The notes below the pieces were generated by a model, which was given only the letters and a program-made list of their open reading frames with translations, was not told the origin of the DNA and ran no database searches. From Escherichia coli (GTDB taxonomy: Bacteria; Pseudomonadota; Gammaproteobacteria; Enterobacterales; Enterobacteriaceae), in assembly GCF_041886205.1 (NCBI RefSeq), contig NZ_CP169029.1: a stretch of 64,000 nucleotides of DNA, one strand, 5' to 3'. Below are positions 37,020 through 53,681 of the stretch, piece by piece; position 1 is the first letter of the stretch; the number at the start of each line of letters is the position of its first letter. A program made the translations under genes and the position numbers.

Positions 37020-37130
37020 AACCAATTTAGCATTTGTTGGCTAGATGGTTTCGCAATGAACTGTTAATAAACAAATTTTTCTTTGTATGTGATCTTTCGT
37101 GTGGGTCACCACTGCAAATAAGGATATAAA
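37020..37130 (+). promoter_or_regulatory. thrS 5' leader (translational operator region), approximate
   Basis: Untranslated region immediately upstream of thrS; known from the literature to bind ThrRS. Boundaries not resolved here. Confidence 0.35.
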
Positions 37131-39059
37131 ATGCCTGTTATAACTCTTCCTGATGGCAGCCAACGCCATTACGACCACGCTGTAAGCCCCATGGATGTTG
37201 CGCTGGACATTGGTCCAGGTCTGGCGAAAGCCTGTATCGCAGGGCGCGTTAATGGCGAACTGGTTGATGCTTGCGATCTGATTGAAAACGACGCACAACT
37301 GTCCATCATTACCGCCAAAGACGAAGACGGTCTGGAGATCATTCGTCACTCCTGTGCGCACCTGTTAGGGCACGCGATTAAACAACTTTGGCCGCATACC
37401 AAAATGGCAATCGGCCCGGTTATTGACAACGGTTTTTATTACGACGTTGATCTTGACCGCACGTTAACCCAGGAAGATGTCGAAGCACTCGAGAAGCGGA
37501 TGCATGAGCTTGCTGAGAAAAACTACGACGTCATTAAGAAGAAAGTCAGCTGGCACGAAGCGCGTGAAACTTTCGCCAACCGTGGGGAGAGCTACAAAGT
37601 CTCCATTCTTGACGAAAACATCGCCCATGATGACAAGCCAGGTCTGTACTTCCATGAAGAATATGTCGATATGTGCCGCGGTCCGCACGTACCGAACATG
37701 CGTTTCTGCCATCATTTCAAACTAATGAAAACGGCAGGGGCTTACTGGCGTGGCGACAGCAACAACAAAATGTTGCAACGTATTTACGGTACGGCGTGGG
37801 CAGACAAAAAAGCACTTAACGCTTACCTGCAGCGCCTGGAAGAAGCCGCGAAACGCGACCACCGTAAAATCGGTAAACAGCTCGACCTGTACCATATGCA
37901 GGAAGAAGCGCCGGGTATGGTATTCTGGCACAACGACGGCTGGACCATCTTCCGTGAACTGGAAGTGTTTGTTCGTTCTAAACTGAAAGAGTACCAGTAT
38001 CAGGAAGTTAAAGGTCCGTTCATGATGGACCGTGTCCTGTGGGAAAAAACCGGTCACTGGGACAACTACAAAGATGCAATGTTCACCACGTCTTCTGAGA
38101 ACCGTGAATACTGCATTAAGCCGATGAACTGCCCGGGTCACGTACAAATTTTCAACCAGGGGCTGAAGTCTTATCGCGATCTGCCGCTGCGTATGGCCGA
38201 GTTTGGTAGCTGCCACCGTAACGAGCCGTCAGGTTCGCTGCATGGCCTGATGCGCGTGCGTGGATTTACCCAGGATGACGCGCATATCTTCTGTACTGAA
38301 GAGCAAATTCGCGATGAAGTTAACGGATGTATCCGTTTAGTCTATGATATGTACAGCACTTTTGGCTTCGAGAAGATCGTCGTCAAACTCTCCACTCGTC
38401 CTGAAAAACGTATTGGCAGCGACGAAATGTGGGATCGTGCTGAGGCGGACCTGGCGGTTGCGCTGGAAGAAAACAACATCCCGTTTGAATATCAACTGGG
38501 TGAAGGCGCTTTCTACGGTCCGAAAATTGAATTTACCCTGTATGACTGCCTCGATCGTGCATGGCAGTGCGGTACAGTACAGCTGGACTTCTCCTTGCCG
38601 TCTCGTCTGAGCGCCTCCTATGTGGGCGAAGACAACGAGCGTAAGGTACCGGTAATGATTCACCGCGCAATTCTGGGGTCGATGGAACGTTTCATCGGTA
38701 TCCTGACCGAAGAATTCGCTGGTTTCTTCCCGACCTGGCTTGCGCCGGTTCAGGTTGTTATCATGAATATTACCGATTCACAGTCTGATTACGTTAACGA
38801 ATTGACGCAAAAACTATCAAATGCGGGCATTCGTGTTAAAGCAGACTTGAGAAATGAGAAGATTGGCTTTAAAATCCGCGAGCACACTTTGCGTCGCGTC
38901 CCATATATGCTGGTCTGTGGTGATAAAGAGGTGGAATCTGGCAAAGTTGCCGTTCGCACCCGCCGTGGTAAAGACCTGGGAAGCATGGACGTAAATGAAG
39001 TGATCGAGAAGCTGCAACAAGAGATTCGCAGCCGCAGTCTTAAACAATTGGAGGAATAA
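37131..39059 (+). CDS. thrS: Threonyl-tRNA synthetase (642 aa)
   Basis: [49 protein letters not shown]... Confidence 0.95.
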   Translation: MPVITLPDGSQRHYDHAVSPMDVALDIGPGLAKACIAGRVNGELVDACDLIENDAQLSIITAKDEDGLEIIRHSCAHLLGHAIKQLWPHTKMAIGPVIDNGFYYDVDLDRTLTQEDVEALEKRMHELAEKNYDVIKKKVSWHEARETFANRGESYKVSILDENIAHDDKPGLYFHEEYVDMCRGPHVPNMRFCHHFKLMKTAGAYWRGDSNNKMLQRIYGTAWADKKALNAYLQRLEEAAKRDHRKIGKQLDLYHMQEEAPGMVFWHNDGWTIFRELEVFVRSKLKEYQYQEVKGPFMMDRVLWEKTGHWDNYKDAMFTTSSENREYCIKPMNCPGHVQIFNQGLKSYRDLPLRMAEFGSCHRNEPSGSLHGLMRVRGFTQDDAHIFCTEEQIRDEVNGCIRLVYDMYSTFGFEKIVVKLSTRPEKRIGSDEMWDRAEADLAVALEENNIPFEYQLGEGAFYGPKIEFTLYDCLDRAWQCGTVQLDFSLPSRLSASYVGEDNERKVPVMIHRAILGSMERFIGILTEEFAGFFPTWLAPVQVVIMNITDSQSDYVNELTQKLSNAGIRVKADLRNEKIGFKIREHTLRRVPYMLVCGDKEVESGKVAVRTRRGKDLGSMDVNEVIEKLQQEIRSRSLKQLEE

Positions 39060-39605
<546 letters not shown>

Positions 39606-39677
39606 GGCCTTCAAGTAGCACTGTCTGTGGAGCCTTCGGGCTTCACAGGCTTTGTTCGCCTTTGTTTCGTTTATTAA

Positions 39678-39899
<222 letters not shown>

Positions 39900-39924
39900 G
39901 CCGTTAACGTTTTTAACTTTTTAA

Positions 39925-40308
<384 letters not shown>

Positions 40309-40316
40309 GCCAGTTG

Positions 40317-40345
40317 AAAGAGGGAGCTAGTCTCCCTCTTTTCGT
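40317..40345 (+). terminator. Rho-independent terminator after rplT
   Basis: agagggagc-tag-tctccctc hairpin followed by ttttcgttt. Confidence 0.55.
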
Positions 40346-40430
40346 TTCAACGCCATCAAAACATTGACTTTTATCGCCGTAGCCTTTTCAATAAAGGTCT
40401 TTTGAAGAGTACCAAAAGGTAACGCAAGCA

Positions 40431-40475
40431 ATGAATGCTGCTATTTTCCGCTTCTTTTTTTACTTTAGCACCTGA
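40431..40475 (+). CDS. pheM: pheST leader peptide PheM (14 aa, Phe-rich)
   Basis: atg aat gct gct att ttc cgc ttc ttt ttt tac ttt agc acc tga = [14 protein letters not shown]. Confidence 0.85.
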
Positions 40476-40521
40476 ATCCAGGAGGCTAGCGCGTGAGAAG
40501 AGAAACGGAAAACAGCGCCTG

Positions 40522-40547
40522 AAAGCCTCCCAGTGGAGGCTTTTTTT
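40522..40547 (+). terminator. pheST attenuator terminator
   Basis: aaagcctcc-cagt-ggaggcttttttt hairpin plus U7 downstream of pheM. Confidence 0.7.
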
Positions 40548-40715
40548 GTATGCGCGTTTTGAAAAATAAAAAGCCAGTCTATCAGGCGTAATTGTCGCAG
40601 CCAGTCTGGACACGGCCAGTGCGGAGAAACCGGAGCGTACTTAAGTACGTGAGGATTTCGAGCACTGCCCGGGACCAAAATGGCAAGTAAAATAGCCTGA
40701 TGGGATAGGCTCTAA

Positions 40716-41741
<1,026 letters not shown>

Positions 41742-41752
41742 GGCAGGAATAG

Positions 41753-44143
<2,391 letters not shown>

Positions 44144-44147
44144 ACCT

Positions 44148-44447
44148 ATGGCGCTTACAAAAGCTGAAATGTCAGAATATCTGTTTGATAAGCTTGGGCT
44201 TAGCAAGCGGGATGCCAAAGAACTGGTTGAACTGTTTTTCGAAGAGATCCGTCGCGCTCTGGAAAACGGCGAACAGGTGAAACTCTCTGGTTTTGGTAAC
44301 TTCGATCTGCGTGATAAGAATCAACGCCCGGGACGTAACCCGAAAACGGGCGAGGATATTCCCATTACAGCACGGCGCGTGGTGACCTTCAGACCCGGGC
44401 AGAAGTTAAAAAGCCGGGTCGAAAACGCTTCGCCCAAAGACGAGTAA
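44148..44447 (+). CDS. ihfA: Integration host factor alpha subunit (99 aa)
   Basis: [88 protein letters not shown]... Confidence 0.95.
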
Positions 44448-44460
44448 TCTGATCTAACTA

Positions 44461-44488
44461 AAAAGGCCGCTCTGCGGCCTTTTTTCTT
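44461..44488 (+). terminator. Rho-independent terminator after ihfA
   Basis: aaggccgc-tctg-cggcctt then T-run. Confidence 0.6.
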
Positions 44489-44547
44489 TTCACTGTCGAA
44501 GAGTCACCGTAAAATCAACGCCATGACACTTCAGCAGAACGGATACC

Positions 44548-45528
44548 ATGCTGACACTTGCCCGCCAACAACAGCGACAAAATATTCGCTGGTTATTATG
44601 CCTGTCAGTTTTGATGCTGCTGGCGCTTCTCTTAAGCCTTTGCGCCGGTGAACAATGGATTTCGCCAGGTGACTGGTTTTCTCCTCGTGGCGAACTGTTC
44701 GTCTGGCAAATTCGCCTGCCACGTACGCTGGCTGTATTGCTGGTTGGTGCGGCGCTGGCTATATCCGGCGCTGTAATGCAGGCGTTGTTTGAAAATCCTC
44801 TGGCAGAACCTGGACTACTTGGCGTCTCTAACGGCGCAGGCGTGGGGCTTATCGCCGCGGTATTGCTTGGGCAAGGGCAACTCCCCAACTGGGCGCTAGG
44901 GCTGTGTGCGATTGCTGGCGCGCTTATCATCACTTTAATACTCTTACGTTTCGCCCGTCGTCATCTTTCGACCAGTCGGTTATTGCTGGCTGGCGTTGCA
45001 TTAGGGATTATCTGTAGCGCACTAATGACGTGGGCTATCTACTTTTCCACCTCTGTTGATTTACGTCAGCTGATGTACTGGATGATGGGCGGTTTTGGCG
45101 GCGTAGACTGGCGGCAAAGCTGGCTGATGCTGGCATTGATCCCCGTGTTGTTGTGGATCTGTTGTCAGTCCAGGCCGATGAATATGTTAGCACTTGGCGA
45201 GATCTCGGCGCGGCAACTGGGTTTACCCCTGTGGTTCTGGCGCAATGTGCTGGTGGCAGCGACCGGCTGGATGGTTGGCGTCAGTGTGGCGCTGGCGGGT
45301 GCTATCGGCTTTATTGGTCTGGTGATCCCACATATTCTCCGGTTGTGTGGTTTAACCGATCATCGCGCATTACTTCCCGGCTGCGCGCTGGCAGGGGCGA
45401 GCGCATTGCTGCTGGCCGATATTGTAGCGCGCCTGGCATTAGCTGCCGCAGAGCTGCCTATTGGCGTGGTCACCGCAACGTTGGGTGCGCCGGTGTTTAT
45501 CTGGTTATTGTTAAAAGCAGGACGTTAG
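44548..45528 (+). CDS. btuC: Vitamin B12 ABC transporter permease (326 aa)
   Basis: [31 protein letters not shown]... FecCD-family permease. Confidence 0.9.
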   Translation: MLTLARQQQRQNIRWLLCLSVLMLLALLLSLCAGEQWISPGDWFSPRGELFVWQIRLPRTLAVLLVGAALAISGAVMQALFENPLAEPGLLGVSNGAGVGLIAAVLLGQGQLPNWALGLCAIAGALIITLILLRFARRHLSTSRLLLAGVALGIICSALMTWAIYFSTSVDLRQLMYWMMGGFGGVDWRQSWLMLALIPVLLWICCQSRPMNMLALGEISARQLGLPLWFWRNVLVAATGWMVGVSVALAGAIGFIGLVIPHILRLCGLTDHRALLPGCALAGASALLLADIVARLALAAAELPIGVVTATLGAPVFIWLLLKAGR

Positions 45529-45590
45529 CCGCAAAAAGACGGTCTATGATTAAAAGCTAAGATTTTTACTGACCACACCCAGGAGAAACG

Positions 45591-46142
45591 ATGCAAGATT
45601 CCATTCTGACGACCGTAGTGAAAGATATCGACGGTGAAGTGACCACGCTGGAGAAGTTCGCCGGTAATGTGCTGTTGATTGTCAATGTCGCCTCAAAGTG
45701 TGGCTTAACGCCGCAGTATGAGCAGTTGGAGAATATTCAGAAAGCCTGGGCCGATCGAGGTTTTGTGGTGCTGGGATTCCCGTGCAACCAGTTTCTGGAA
45801 CAAGAACCGGGCAGCGATGAAGAGATTAAAACTTACTGTACCACCACATGGGGGGTGACGTTCCCGATGTTCAGTAAGATTGAAGTTAATGGCGAAGGAC
45901 GCCATCCGCTGTATCAAAAATTGATTGCCGCAGCGCCGACCGCAGTCGCGCCGGAAGAGAGCGGATTCTATGCCCGTATGGTCAGCAAAGGTCGAGCACC
46001 GCTGTACCCTGATGATATTTTATGGAATTTTGAGAAATTTTTAGTTGGCAGGGACGGATTGGTCATCCAGCGTTTTTCCCCGGATATGACGCCGGAAGAT
46101 CCCATTGTGATGGAAAGCATTAAACTGGCGTTGGCAAAATAA
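45591..46142 (+). CDS. btuE: Glutathione peroxidase-like BtuE (183 aa)
   Basis: GPx motif region [21 protein letters not shown]...; stop overlaps btuD start by 1 nt. Confidence 0.9.
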
Positions 46143-46891
46143 TGTCTATTGTGATGCAGTTACAGGATGTTGCGGAATCTACCCGCCTGGGGCCGCTTTC
46201 TGGCGAGGTTCGGGCTGGGGAGATCCTGCACCTGGTGGGGCCGAACGGCGCGGGTAAGAGCACCTTACTGGCGCGAATGGCCGGAATGACCAGCGGTAAG
46301 GGAAGCATTCAGTTCGCGGGGCAACCACTGGAAGCATGGTCCGCAACAAAACTCGCGCTGCATCGCGCCTATCTTTCACAACAGCAGACGCCGCCGTTTG
46401 CAATGCCGGTCTGGCACTACCTGACACTGCATCAGCACGATAAAACGCGTACCGAACTACTGAATGATGTCGCAGGGGCGCTGGCTCTTGATGACAAACT
46501 CGGACGGAGCACCAATCAACTTTCCGGCGGTGAATGGCAACGCGTACGTCTTGCTGCGGTGGTGCTGCAAATCACACCACAAGCCAATCCCGCAGGCCAA
46601 TTGCTGCTTCTTGATGAGCCGATGAACAGTCTTGATGTTGCGCAACAAAGTGCGTTAGACAAAATTCTGAGCGCGCTGTGTCAGCAAGGACTGGCGATTG
46701 TGATGAGCAGTCATGATCTCAACCACACGTTGCGTCATGCGCATCGGGCGTGGTTGCTAAAAGGTGGAAAAATGCTGGCCAGTGGACGCAGAGAAGAGGT
46801 GCTCACGCCGCCAAATCTGGCGCAGGCCTATGGGATGAATTTTCGCCGTCTGGATATCGAAGGTCACAGAATGCTGATTTCGACCATCTGA
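46142..46891 (+). CDS. btuD: Vitamin B12 ABC transporter ATPase (249 aa)
   Basis: Walker [10 protein letters not shown] and ABC signature LSGGEWQR. Confidence 0.9.
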
Positions 46892-46968
46892 TTTCATCAG
46901 TATCTTGAAAATCGGGTAATTACGACGCTAAATTAATGCAAGAATAAAAAACAGAGGAACCGTACGGA

Positions 46969-47433
46969 ATGCGTTTCTGCCTTATTTTGATCACAGCACT
47001 GTTTCTGGCCGGGTGTAGCCACCATAAAGCACCGCCGCCAAATGCCAGACTTTCTGATTCGATTACCGTTATTGCCGGTTTGAACGACCAGCTACAAAGC
47101 TGGCATGGCACGCCGTATCGTTATGGTGGCATGACGCGGCGCGGTGTGGACTGTTCGGGATTTGTGGTTGTGACGATGCGCGATCGTTTCGATTTGCAGC
47201 TGCCCCGTGAAACCAAACAACAAGCCTCTATTGGCACGCAAATTGATAAAGACGAGTTGCTGCCAGGTGACCTGGTCTTTTTCAAAACGGGCTCCGGACA
47301 AAATGGTTTGCATGTAGGTATTTATGATACCAACAACCAATTTATCCACGCCTCTACCAGCAAGGGAGTGATGCGTTCCTCACTTGATAATGTCTATTGG
47401 CAGAAAAATTTCTGGCAGGCGAGACGAATCTAG
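46969..47433 (+). CDS. nlpC: NlpC/P60-family lipoprotein NlpC (154 aa)
   Basis: Lipobox LFLAGCSHH then P60 domain (VDCSGFVVVTMRD...). Confidence 0.85.
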   Translation: MRFCLILITALFLAGCSHHKAPPPNARLSDSITVIAGLNDQLQSWHGTPYRYGGMTRRGVDCSGFVVVTMRDRFDLQLPRETKQQASIGTQIDKDELLPGDLVFFKTGSGQNGLHVGIYDTNNQFIHASTSKGVMRSSLDNVYWQKNFWQARRI

Positions 47434-47444
47434 TATGTCGAAAA

Positions 47445-47474
47445 ATGGACGGCGAAGATACATCGCCGTCCATT
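47445..47474 (+). terminator. Possible terminator hairpin after nlpC
   Basis: aatggacggcg-aagataca-tcgccgtccatt; weak U-tract. Confidence 0.35.
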
Positions 47475-47679
47475 TACTCCTGAATACAGTAGTATTTTGC
47501 AGACAAAAATTCCGTAAATGGATTATTCGTTTATAATCAGGATAATCTAAAAAAAGGACCCCTGAAAAAGTGGTTAACATGGAACAAATGAAAGTTACTC
47601 CTTCTGTAATTGTTATGTCTTATGGCCTCATCCCTTTTAGCCGGATACTGAAAAACATCCTTCGAGGGGGACGGTTACC

Positions 47680-47737
47680 ATGAAGATTTTTTTGGAGAAT
47701 GTTTATCATTCTGATTGCTATTTCCTGCCGATAAGAG
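47680..47737 (+). pseudogene. ydiV: 5' remnant of ydiV (first 19 codons) truncated by IS1
   Basis: atgaagatttttttggagaatgtttatcattctgattgctatttcctgccgataagag = MKIFLENVYHSDCYFLPIR, abutting the IS1 left end at 47738. Confidence 0.7.
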
Positions 47738-47792
47738 GGTGATGCTGCCAACTTACTGATTTAGTGTATGATGGTGTTTTTGAGGTGCTCCA

Positions 47793-48068
47793 GTGGCTTC
47801 TGTTTCTATCAGCTGTCCCTCCTGTTCAGCTACTGACGGGGTGGTGCGTAACGGCAAAAGCACCGCCGGACATCAGCGCTATCTCTGCTCTCACTGCCGT
47901 AAAACATGGCAACTGCAGTTCACTTACACCGCTTCTCAACCCGGTACGCACCAGAAAATCATTGATATGGCCATGAATGGCGTTGGATGCCGGGCAACCG
48001 CCCGCATTATGGGCGTTGGCCTCAACACGATTTTCCGCCATTTAAAAAACTCAGGCCGCAGTCGGTAA
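47793..48068 (+). CDS. insA: IS1 InsA (91 aa)
   Basis: Identical protein to the other IS1 copy. Confidence 0.95.
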   Translation: MASVSISCPSCSATDGVVRNGKSTAGHQRYLCSHCRKTWQLQFTYTASQPGTHQKIIDMAMNGVGCRATARIMGVGLNTIFRHLKNSGRSR

Positions 48069-48490
48069 CCTCGCGCATACAGCCGGGCAGTGACGTCATC
48101 GTCTGCGCGGAAATGGACGAACAGTGGGGCTATGTCGGGGCTAAATCGCGCCAGCGCTGGCTGTTTTACGCGTATGACAGGCTCCGGAAGACGGTTGTTG
48201 CGCACGTATTCGGTGAACGCACTATGGCGACGCTGGGGCGTCTTATGAGCCTGCTGTCACCCTTTGACGTGGTGATATGGATGACGGATGGCTGGCCGCT
48301 GTATGAATCCCGCCTGAAGGGAAAGCTGCACGTAATCAGCAAGCGATATACGCAGCGAATTGAGCGGCATAACCTGAATCTGAGACAGCACCTGGCACGG
48401 CTGGGACGGAAGTCGCTGTCGTTCTCAAAATCGGTGGAGCTGCATGACAAAGTCATCGGGCATTATCTGAACATAAAACACTATCAATAA
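47987..48490 (+). CDS. insB: IS1 InsB reading frame
   Basis: Identical 167-aa ORF; slippery ttaaaaaactc upstream overlap with insA. Confidence 0.9.
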   Translation: MPGNRPHYGRWPQHDFPPFKKLRPQSVTSRIQPGSDVIVCAEMDEQWGYVGAKSRQRWLFYAYDRLRKTVVAHVFGERTMATLGRLMSLLSPFDVVIWMTDGWPLYESRLKGKLHVISKRYTQRIERHNLNLRQHLARLGRKSLSFSKSVELHDKVIGHYLNIKHYQ

Positions 48491-48505
48491 GTTGGAGTCA
48501 TTACC

Positions 48506-48561
48506 CCGCTTCCTGTGCCGACAGGACCGGCACTCGTCCATTAATACGAGGTGGTTTTACA
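48506..48561 (-). pseudogene. ydiF: 5' remnant of ydiF (about 18 codons) truncated by IS1
   Basis: Reverse complement atgaaacctgtaaaaccacctcgtattaatggacgagtgccggtcctgtcggcacaggaagcgg = MKPVKPPRINGRVPVLSAQEA, ending at the IS1 right end. Confidence 0.7.
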
Positions 48562-48714
48562 GGTTTCATTGTTAATTCCTGATTCAGGTGTGATTTTCCC
48601 TACGCCAGATGGAGAATTAGCGCACAGAGACTCACGAAATATTTTTATTAAATACGGTTAACTATATTTTTTTTAGTTCGGCGGGGGAGGGTATTCCCGC
48701 CGAAATATTATTGC

Positions 48715-49473
48715 TTATGCCTGATGTAAAATAGTTAATACAGTGCGCAAATCATTTACCGAGATTTGCCCTGGTGCAGAGGCTTTTTTTACCGCACCAA
48801 AAGTTGCCGCCGAGCCAAATACTTCACCAGCCAGACGAGAAATTACGCCAGTTTTTGCCATCGACATCGTGATGATTGGACGATCGGCATACTGCTCCTG
48901 CATCTCCAGGGTCGCGGCAAGCAACGTCAGCACATCGCTGGTACTTTGCGGCATCAGCGCAATCTTAGGAATATCGGCGTCGAAGGACTGCATTTTGCGC
49001 AGACGGGCAATGATTTCTTCGGCTTCCGGCGTTTTATGGAAGTCATGGTTGGACATGACAACTTTCACATCATGCGCGTGGGCGTAGGCGACGGTTTCTT
49101 TAACCTGATCATCGCCGGTAAATAACTCCAGATCGATCATATCAACCAGGCCGCTGTCGATGGCTGCACGATTGAGAGCAATATAAGCCTCGGTGGAAAT
49201 CGCCTGCTCGCCGCCTTCTTTGGCACTGCGGAAGGTAAACAGCAGCGGTTTTTCTGGCATGGTTTCACGGAGAATTTTTGCCGCCGCCATGACAGACTCC
49301 ACATTGGAGAGGTCGGCAAAGTGGTCCACACGCCATTCCAGAATATCAAAGTCCGCTTCACGATAGGCGAGAGCTTCGGATTTCACGCGGGCGATATCTT
49401 TCGCCATCAGCGAGACGATGATTTTAGGTGCGCCCGTACCAATGACGAGATCTTTTACAGTTACGGTTTTCAT
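48715..49473 (-). CDS. aroD: 3-dehydroquinate dehydratase type I (252 aa)
   Basis: [52 protein letters not shown]... Confidence 0.95.
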   Translation of the reverse strand: MKTVTVKDLVIGTGAPKIIVSLMAKDIARVKSEALAYREADFDILEWRVDHFADLSNVESVMAAAKILRETMPEKPLLFTFRSAKEGGEQAISTEAYIALNRAAIDSGLVDMIDLELFTGDDQVKETVAYAHAHDVKVVMSNHDFHKTPEAEEIIARLRKMQSFDADIPKIALMPQSTSDVLTLLAATLEMQEQYADRPIITMSMAKTGVISRLAGEVFGSAATFGAVKKASAPGQISVNDLRTVLTILHQA

Positions 49474-49503
49474 TTTTTACCCTTTCTGCACGCGGTCAGC
49501 CTG

Positions 49504-50370
49504 TCAGGCACCGAACCCCATGACCTGTTTAACATATTCCAGAGGGAAATCTTTGCCAGTCCATAACGTGAACTGTTCAGCCCCTTGCCACAACAACATG
49601 CCGTATCCATCAATCGTTTTGCAACCAGCTTGTTGCGCCTGCTGCAATAACTTCGTCATATGCGGGTTATACACGCATTCAGTGACCAGAAGTCCCGGAT
49701 GTAACAGACTGATATCATTAACTAATGATTCATTCTCAAGGGGTTTCATACCCACTTTTGTGCCATTGGTTAAAATGTCGGCGGAAGCCAGGGCTTCAGC
49801 AAAGGCTTGCTGATCGGCGAGATCGGTAACCGTGACGACACAATCGGTGTTTTCGTTAACCCGCTGCGCGAAGGCGAGGGCTTTATCGAAGAACTCATCC
49901 CGACGGTTAAAGAGTTTAATTTCTTTTAAACCTTCAATTGCCCCCTGCGCGCCAATCGCCGTTGAGGCACCTCCGGCCCCTAACAGCACCATTGTTTTGC
50001 CTTTGATATCAAAACCGCTCTCTTTAATGGCGCGAATATGGCCCGTGCCATCGGTGTTATAGCCGCGCAGGTAGCCATCATCATTAACGATGGTGTTGAT
50101 GGCACCCACCAGTTTGGCTGCCGGCGTTAATTCATCAACATATTCACACGCCAGTTGTTTGTTCGGCATTGATACACCAGTTCCGCGCATTTTTAGAGCT
50201 TTTAATCCTTCAATTGCTCCGGGAAAGCTATCGTTATCCACTTCGAAGGCCATATAGGTAAATGGCAATCCCGCTTTTTCTAAGGCTTTATTCTGCATTT
50301 CAGGCGATAAACTGTGGCGGATAGGATAAGCCATCAACCCAATCAATTCGTATTTTGCGGTAACATCCAT
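49504..50370 (-). CDS. ydiB: Quinate/shikimate dehydrogenase (288 aa)
   Basis: [35 protein letters not shown]... AroE-family. Confidence 0.9.
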
Positions 50371-50381
50371 AATTAACTCCT

Positions 50382-51653
50382 TTAACCTCTATGCTTAATT
50401 GTGTTTAACCGGGTGCTAAATTTGCGCTCGCCAAACCGCACATCATTCTCAGGAATAATAAAAACGCGGTAATAGCGGATAAAAACAATAATTGCGGTAA
50501 TCAGGGCCAGCAGCGCGAAAGTAAAATCGAGAACAATGATATATTGCAGGCCGATGTTCGACAGATAACCGGTAATCAGCGGAATAACAAAGTTAGCCAG
50601 TCCACCCATCATCATATAAATACTGGTGACTTTGGCTTTGCTTTTTGGGAAAAACTCTGACATGACCGAAACACCGAGCTGTAAAATGCCGCCAGCTGCT
50701 GAGAAACCGATAACAAAGGCGCCGGCATTACACACCAGTGGAGAAGGGTACAGGTAGATAATGGCTGCTGTTATTGTTGCCAGTGCAGAGTTAAATACAT
50801 TAGCCCAGATGGGCCGGACCATTTTTTTCAGTAGTGCGGCAAAAATAAAGACACAGACCAACGAGCCCATACTGTAATAAGAGATGGTTTTTAATGCCTC
50901 AGCTTCTGACATACCAGCAAAAGCCATCGCATATTTGGGCATCCACACCACAATCACATAAAAGGTCGAGAATGCGGCTACACCGAACAGTACCGATGAA
51001 ACACCTTCCAGCCAGACTAACGGTTTGCTGTTCATTTGCGGTAATTCATTAGCTACGCTGGCGTCCACCAACTGGCTGGGGAATTTGCTTTTCAACAGCA
51101 TCAGCGTGATCAGTACAAACAGAATACCCGGAATAATCAGCCCATAGCCGTACCAGATATTATTGAGCAACATATAGCTCACCAGCATTGGGTAGAACAT
51201 TTGCCCGAATGACACCATCGCTTTAACCAGTATGACCGCCGAACCAGAGGCTTTCGGAAAGCATTCCATGAGCGCGGGGTAGCCACCCGTATCCAGCGCT
51301 GAGTTAGCGATACCTACGCACACTGCCAGACCGTAGGCGAGAGTTAAATTCGGGCAAGCGGGAATACCAAAGAAGAATAGCAGATACATTATTACTGCCA
51401 TTAATATCACCGCCCGACGACCAAACTTATCGGAGATCACACCGAAGAATAAAATACTGATCAATCGCCCCAAACCGATACCGGAAATTAAGTAGGCAAT
51501 GCCCGCGTTGTCAGTGGAAAACTTTTCCGCCAGAGATGACATATTTTGGGCAAGCGTAATAACACTAATGCCGTGCAGGAAGTAGCTGAAGTAAATACAA
51601 AGAACAGCCAGGATAAATGGTGTGCTGAAAGCCTTATTTTGAGACATTTTCAC
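50382..51653 (-). CDS. ydiN: MFS transporter YdiN
   Basis: 12-TM MFS ORF; true start may be 2 codons downstream of the track start. Confidence 0.85.
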
Positions 51654-51873
51654 AGCTCCTTGCTGAAAGATTATTTCGTTACCGTACGTATTGTTCTCCG
51701 ACGGTTTACATAATTACTATACTGAAGATGATTATCCCTGGGTATATGGCATAAAGTTTATGTTTCCAGGAATATTGCATGTCATAGTTTGTTTTTGATC
51801 GCGATTTTCCTTAGTTAGCGCAGAAAGAGTTATTTATCCGTAAGATCTTGCATGACATGAAAAGAATATTGCA

Positions 51874-53088
51874 TTACCCACCCGAAGCGACATTTTCCTT
51901 TAGCGAGTGATGCCGCGTTTTTTTGCGGCTGCGTAAGCCGATAAACAGTGCCAGTAAAAAACCGATGGCAGCGATGGCGGTATCGAACCACATAATATCG
52001 GCAATACTTCTTTGGGACAGATGAGCCGTAATCAACGGAATAGTAAAGGTCGCAATACTGCCCGCACTGTAATAGATCCCTGTAGCTTTACCTTTAGCGT
52101 AAGGGAAACGTTCAGCCATTAACGTCAAGCCAATTTGCACAACACCTCCAGCAGAGGTAAAACCAATGACAAAAGCAAATATTATCACCACATAAAATGT
52201 GGGATGCAGGCAGACGGTAAACAGACCAATAAATGAGATAAAGGTGTACAGCATCAGTAATGTTGTTGGGCGAACGGTATTACGAATGAGTGGAGCGGTA
52301 ATAAATACACAAAGCAGCGAACCCACGGTGTAGATACTGAGTAGTTTGATCGACATAGTGTATGACATGCCTGTAACAAATTGTCCGTACTGTGCCAGCC
52401 ACTGGCTAACCAGATAAAACGTTGCCATTGAGATATAGCCATATAAGGTATAACTGGCTAAATCGATAATTGAACAGCGATGTTCCGTAGAGCTGGTGGT
52501 TTTCTTTATGACAGGTAAGCGACGACCCGGATGGGGTGGGAACGTACAACGGTATAAAAACAGAGCGTTAATAAACATAATGCCTGCAGCAATCATAAAA
52601 GACCAACCGAACCACAGTTCAGCCCACACTAACAGGCTAATGATTAGCGGTAATAAAAATTGTCCGCTGGAAACAAATGCTTTAATTAAAATATTGGCTG
52701 TCCCAGGTGAGCGTGGAAAAGCTTCCATCAAACTGGGATAAGTGCCTGCATCGAGAAAACTGTTTGCCATTCCCGCCAGAAAGCCAAAAACATAAGCGAT
52801 AATGATGTTATTGGTCTGCAGGATGCCAAAAAAGAAGGCCATATAGCAGCACATCCCGAGCATGATAAAAGGGCGGCGACCAAAGCGATCGGATAATAAT
52901 CCTGCAAAAAGCAAGACACTTAATCGACCAATGCCCAGCGATGAGATAACTATCGAGACGCCCGCGGCATTAGTCTGCCAAAGTGTCTCCAGCGAGGCCA
53001 TATTCAGGCTCATCAAAATGACGCCCATACCATGCACCAGGTAATTAAAATACAACCCAAGTGCGGTAGGGTAATAGGGATTTTTCAT
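51874..53088 (-). CDS. ydiM: MFS transporter YdiM (404 aa)
   Basis: 12-TM MFS ORF. Confidence 0.85.
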   Translation of the reverse strand: MKNPYYPTALGLYFNYLVHGMGVILMSLNMASLETLWQTNAAGVSIVISSLGIGRLSVLLFAGLLSDRFGRRPFIMLGMCCYMAFFFGILQTNNIIIAYVFGFLAGMANSFLDAGTYPSLMEAFPRSPGTANILIKAFVSSGQFLLPLIISLLVWAELWFGWSFMIAAGIMFINALFLYRCTFPPHPGRRLPVIKKTTSSTEHRCSIIDLASYTLYGYISMATFYLVSQWLAQYGQFVTGMSYTMSIKLLSIYTVGSLLCVFITAPLIRNTVRPTTLLMLYTFISFIGLFTVCLHPTFYVVIIFAFVIGFTSAGGVVQIGLTLMAERFPYAKGKATGIYYSAGSIATFTIPLITAHLSQRSIADIMWFDTAIAAIGFLLALFIGLRSRKKTRHHSLKENVASGG

Positions 53089-53187
53089 AGGTTCTACTTA
53101 GCAAAGGTGCTTTAAAAAGTGTAGCGATGTTGTGTCAGTATCCATTCATTATTGTTGTAACAACGACAATTCCTTTCTGTGGAAAAA

Positions 53188-53544
53188 TTAACAAAGCCGC
53201 TCCAGATCGTGTGCATATAATTCAGCGGCTACCGATTGATAGATCTTCCAGTCAATAAAATTGCCATCAGGGTAGACTCGTTGAAATGCGGTTAAGTCGG
53301 GGAAAAAACGCATGGTGTTGTTGCCGATGCGGTTATTTATTTTCTCTATGATGGCATGAAGATGTTTTTTTCTTTGCTGACGCATAGCCAACAGTTGCTC
53401 GACTACACGATCAGGAATGGCACACTTGCCATTTTCCCATTGACGCCAGCTTTCACTGTCACCGGTCTGGGCAATCCAGGTCGCGCATTCATCAATAGTC
53501 ATGGCAAAAATATGGCGGAGTGCCTGGAGTTCATAAGCGTTCAT
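53188..53544 (-). CDS. ydiL: Uncharacterised protein YdiL (118 aa)
   Basis: MNAYELQALRHIFAMTIDECATWIAQ...; internal Met of track ORF chosen to match recalled length. Confidence 0.7.
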   Translation of the reverse strand: MNAYELQALRHIFAMTIDECATWIAQTGDSESWRQWENGKCAIPDRVVEQLLAMRQQRKKHLHAIIEKINNRIGNNTMRFFPDLTAFQRVYPDGNFIDWKIYQSVAAELYAHDLERLC

Positions 53545-53681
53545 CGTGTAATGGCTGCATGAAATAAACAATAAAATATAAATAACATTATCAGCCTGCT
53601 GACGGCTTGAAGAGAGTCACAGTATCTTGTGCAACATTATTGGAAAGAGTGAGGGGCGAGGTAGCGAAGTGGAAAAATGTT

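Larger units (their letters stand above)
47738..48505 (+). mobile_element. IS1 (768 bp), no target-site duplication (flanks CGATAAGAG / CCGCTTCCT)
   Basis: Ends ggtgatgctgccaacttactgat... and ...gttggagtcattacc; insA/insB identical to the copy at 35749-36516 but in opposite orientation. Confidence 0.95.
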
